Of a stretch of DNA of 64,000 nucleotides, positions 62,279 through 64,000 are shown piece after piece. The notes under the pieces are model-generated. The model made no database searches. It saw nothing but the letters and a program-made list of their open reading frames with translations, and was not told the origin of the DNA. Origin of the DNA: Squalus acanthias (lineage: Eukaryota); NCBI GenBank assembly GCA_030390025.1, contig CM059432.1, positions 132,124,001 through 132,188,000 on the forward strand, written 5' to 3'. The position numbers were made by a program, and so were the translations under genes. Position 1 is the first letter of the stretch, and every line of letters begins with the position of its first letter.

Positions 62279-63290
62279 AAGGACTCATCTTGACCAAGTG
62301 ACCTGAAACTACTGGAGAGGAACCACGTCCTCAATGCATAGCGATATAAAATCCCTGGAGCAATACCTCTCTGTAAATAATGTTTACAATTTTAAGTTTC
62401 TACTTAAAAAGGCTTTTGTAATATATTTTGTACATAGTTTTCATAAAAATGTAATTTATTTGTTTTGGGGTTTTTTTTTGGTAACCATGTTTTAACTAGG
62501 GGCTATAATGATGGCGATCGCAGTCACTGGGCTTTTAACTGAGGGTGAAAGATGCAGTGTAGGGTTAGGGAGGGAACTTCAGATGCAAATTTACTGCTGT
62601 AAACACTCAAGCATCGTGAAAAGCTGCAAAGGCCACTTCATCACAGCCCTAGTTTGGACAGAATCTGCACATTACTTTTATAAAACGCACTCTGGACAAT
62701 CATTTTCTTAAGAAATTTTTATTAGAAATTGCCAAGTAGTGTAAACTATTGACATAGTATCACATTTGTTTAATGATTTTTTTTTGTACAAAAGCTAAGT
62801 GCCAACCACACAAATCTGCTGCTCCCCCTCCCTCTTGAACGATTCATTTCTCCTTACACACATGCTAACAAAAGTATGTTAAAATCAAGTGGTTTTCCTG
62901 TACAGTTTGCTCACTCAACTTATTTGCATCAATGAGTATGAATAGTAAAGAGTTTTGCATCTTGAGGCTGCGTTCCCAAACGCTCACAATCTTTCATTCA
63001 AGAAGTGTCTTGACTGGCCACCAGTTTAATAGACTACCTGTCTAGTTTGATGCTTTGTAATTAATTTTGAAATCCTACAACTTAAAACTTGGCATAAAAT
63101 GAAAAATGACATTTCAGCCACCTTCTCTATCACACACTTTTACAAATGGTAGCCACCACTTTAACATTACTGGTCACAATTTTTTAAAAACATTTTTGAA
63201 TTCACTAAATTCAATTAAGAGCAGGGAGTTTCTGGAGTTGTTAACCCACAACTTATAATGTAATAAAAGGGGATGCAACTGTAACGTGGT
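62279..63290 (+). other. BMP6 3' UTR (end uncertain)
   Basis: AU-rich sequence after the stop. Pumilio-type TGTAAATA at 62372-62379 and TGTACATA at 62429-62436. The first canonical AATAAA I found is at 63262-63267. Confidence 0.45.
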
Positions 63291-64000
63291 AACTACTGCA
63301 TTGTCCTGTTTTATTTCACTCAATGGATTTTTAAGTGGTCTTCCCCTTGACCAATTTACTCAATCCTAGCAATGATATTGGCTGGTGCCACAAGTCATTC
63401 TCTGATTTAAACAATACAAATTGTCTCAACCTCATTCGCACCCTACAAATCTAGCAGTCACTCACAGTATAGATTGACTTGACTTCCTTGATAACTCATG
63501 CAGGTGAATGTGGCTTGAAGATACACTGAGGTATTCTGTTCAGCTTTATGCCCACAGTACTGTAATTACTAACTAGTCAAGTACTGTTATACTATGATTG
63601 TCCAATAACTACGTATGAACCACATCCACAGAAGTGTTAAGATTGCAGATAGGGATGATGGAGCAAGCAAAATCTCACCTTTCATGACCACATACATAGA
63701 AGGCACCACCTTGTGGTGAAAGCTGCAGCCAACTTAATCTATCAGAAGGCTGTTAAGTTGGCATTAACTGTTACACATATCAAAAAATAACTACTAAATT
63801 CTTGCAAACAAATTTGGACACATTCATACATCAGTGACATGAGGTGGTGGTTGGGCTAAAAGTACATGCTCTACAGTTCATCCCTGGCTTGCTGTAGGAT
63901 GAAACTGTGAAGACTTTCTAGATCTCTTCCTCCATTGTGCTCGCTTAACTGTTGACCACCACGGAACAGCAGCAAAGTTGGATAACCACGGATCTAAAAA

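Overview
Eukaryotic vertebrate genomic DNA. The repeat landscape (HER1-like CR1 LINEs, Deu-domain SINEs, Penelope elements, L2) suggests a cartilaginous fish (shark or ray); this is inferred, not proven. The window holds the last five coding exons of a + strand BMP5/6/7-family gene, best matching BMP6: 2604-2752, 21782-21979, 47319-47395, 59754-59864 and 62129-62278 (stop), then the 3' UTR. All splice sites are GT-AG with consistent phases. The long introns are filled with decayed and often nested transposons: CR1-group LINEs, L2, DeuSINEs, AmnSINE2-like SINEs, a Vingi/Ingi-like fragment, Penelope ends with minimal hammerhead-ribozyme motifs, and hAT, Tigger-like and Harbinger-like MITEs. Intron 3 also has a 2.6-kb, 83% GC, 29-bp minisatellite that explains the 900-1000 aa ORFs. 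Points of most interest: the mature ligand has BMP7-type residues (R48/E60/Y65) at the noggin-resistance positions; an apparently intact type I hammerhead core lies in the sense strand of the last intron; the minisatellite carries Smad-type GC motifs and seems to have arisen inside an unexplained protein-like ORF remnant; a hairpin-rich MITE family has a possible Myb/SANT-bearing parent remnant. I cannot claim a clearly new biological system from sequence alone. Repeat boundaries are approximate unless TIR/TSD evidence is given, and family names come from recognition, not database searches.
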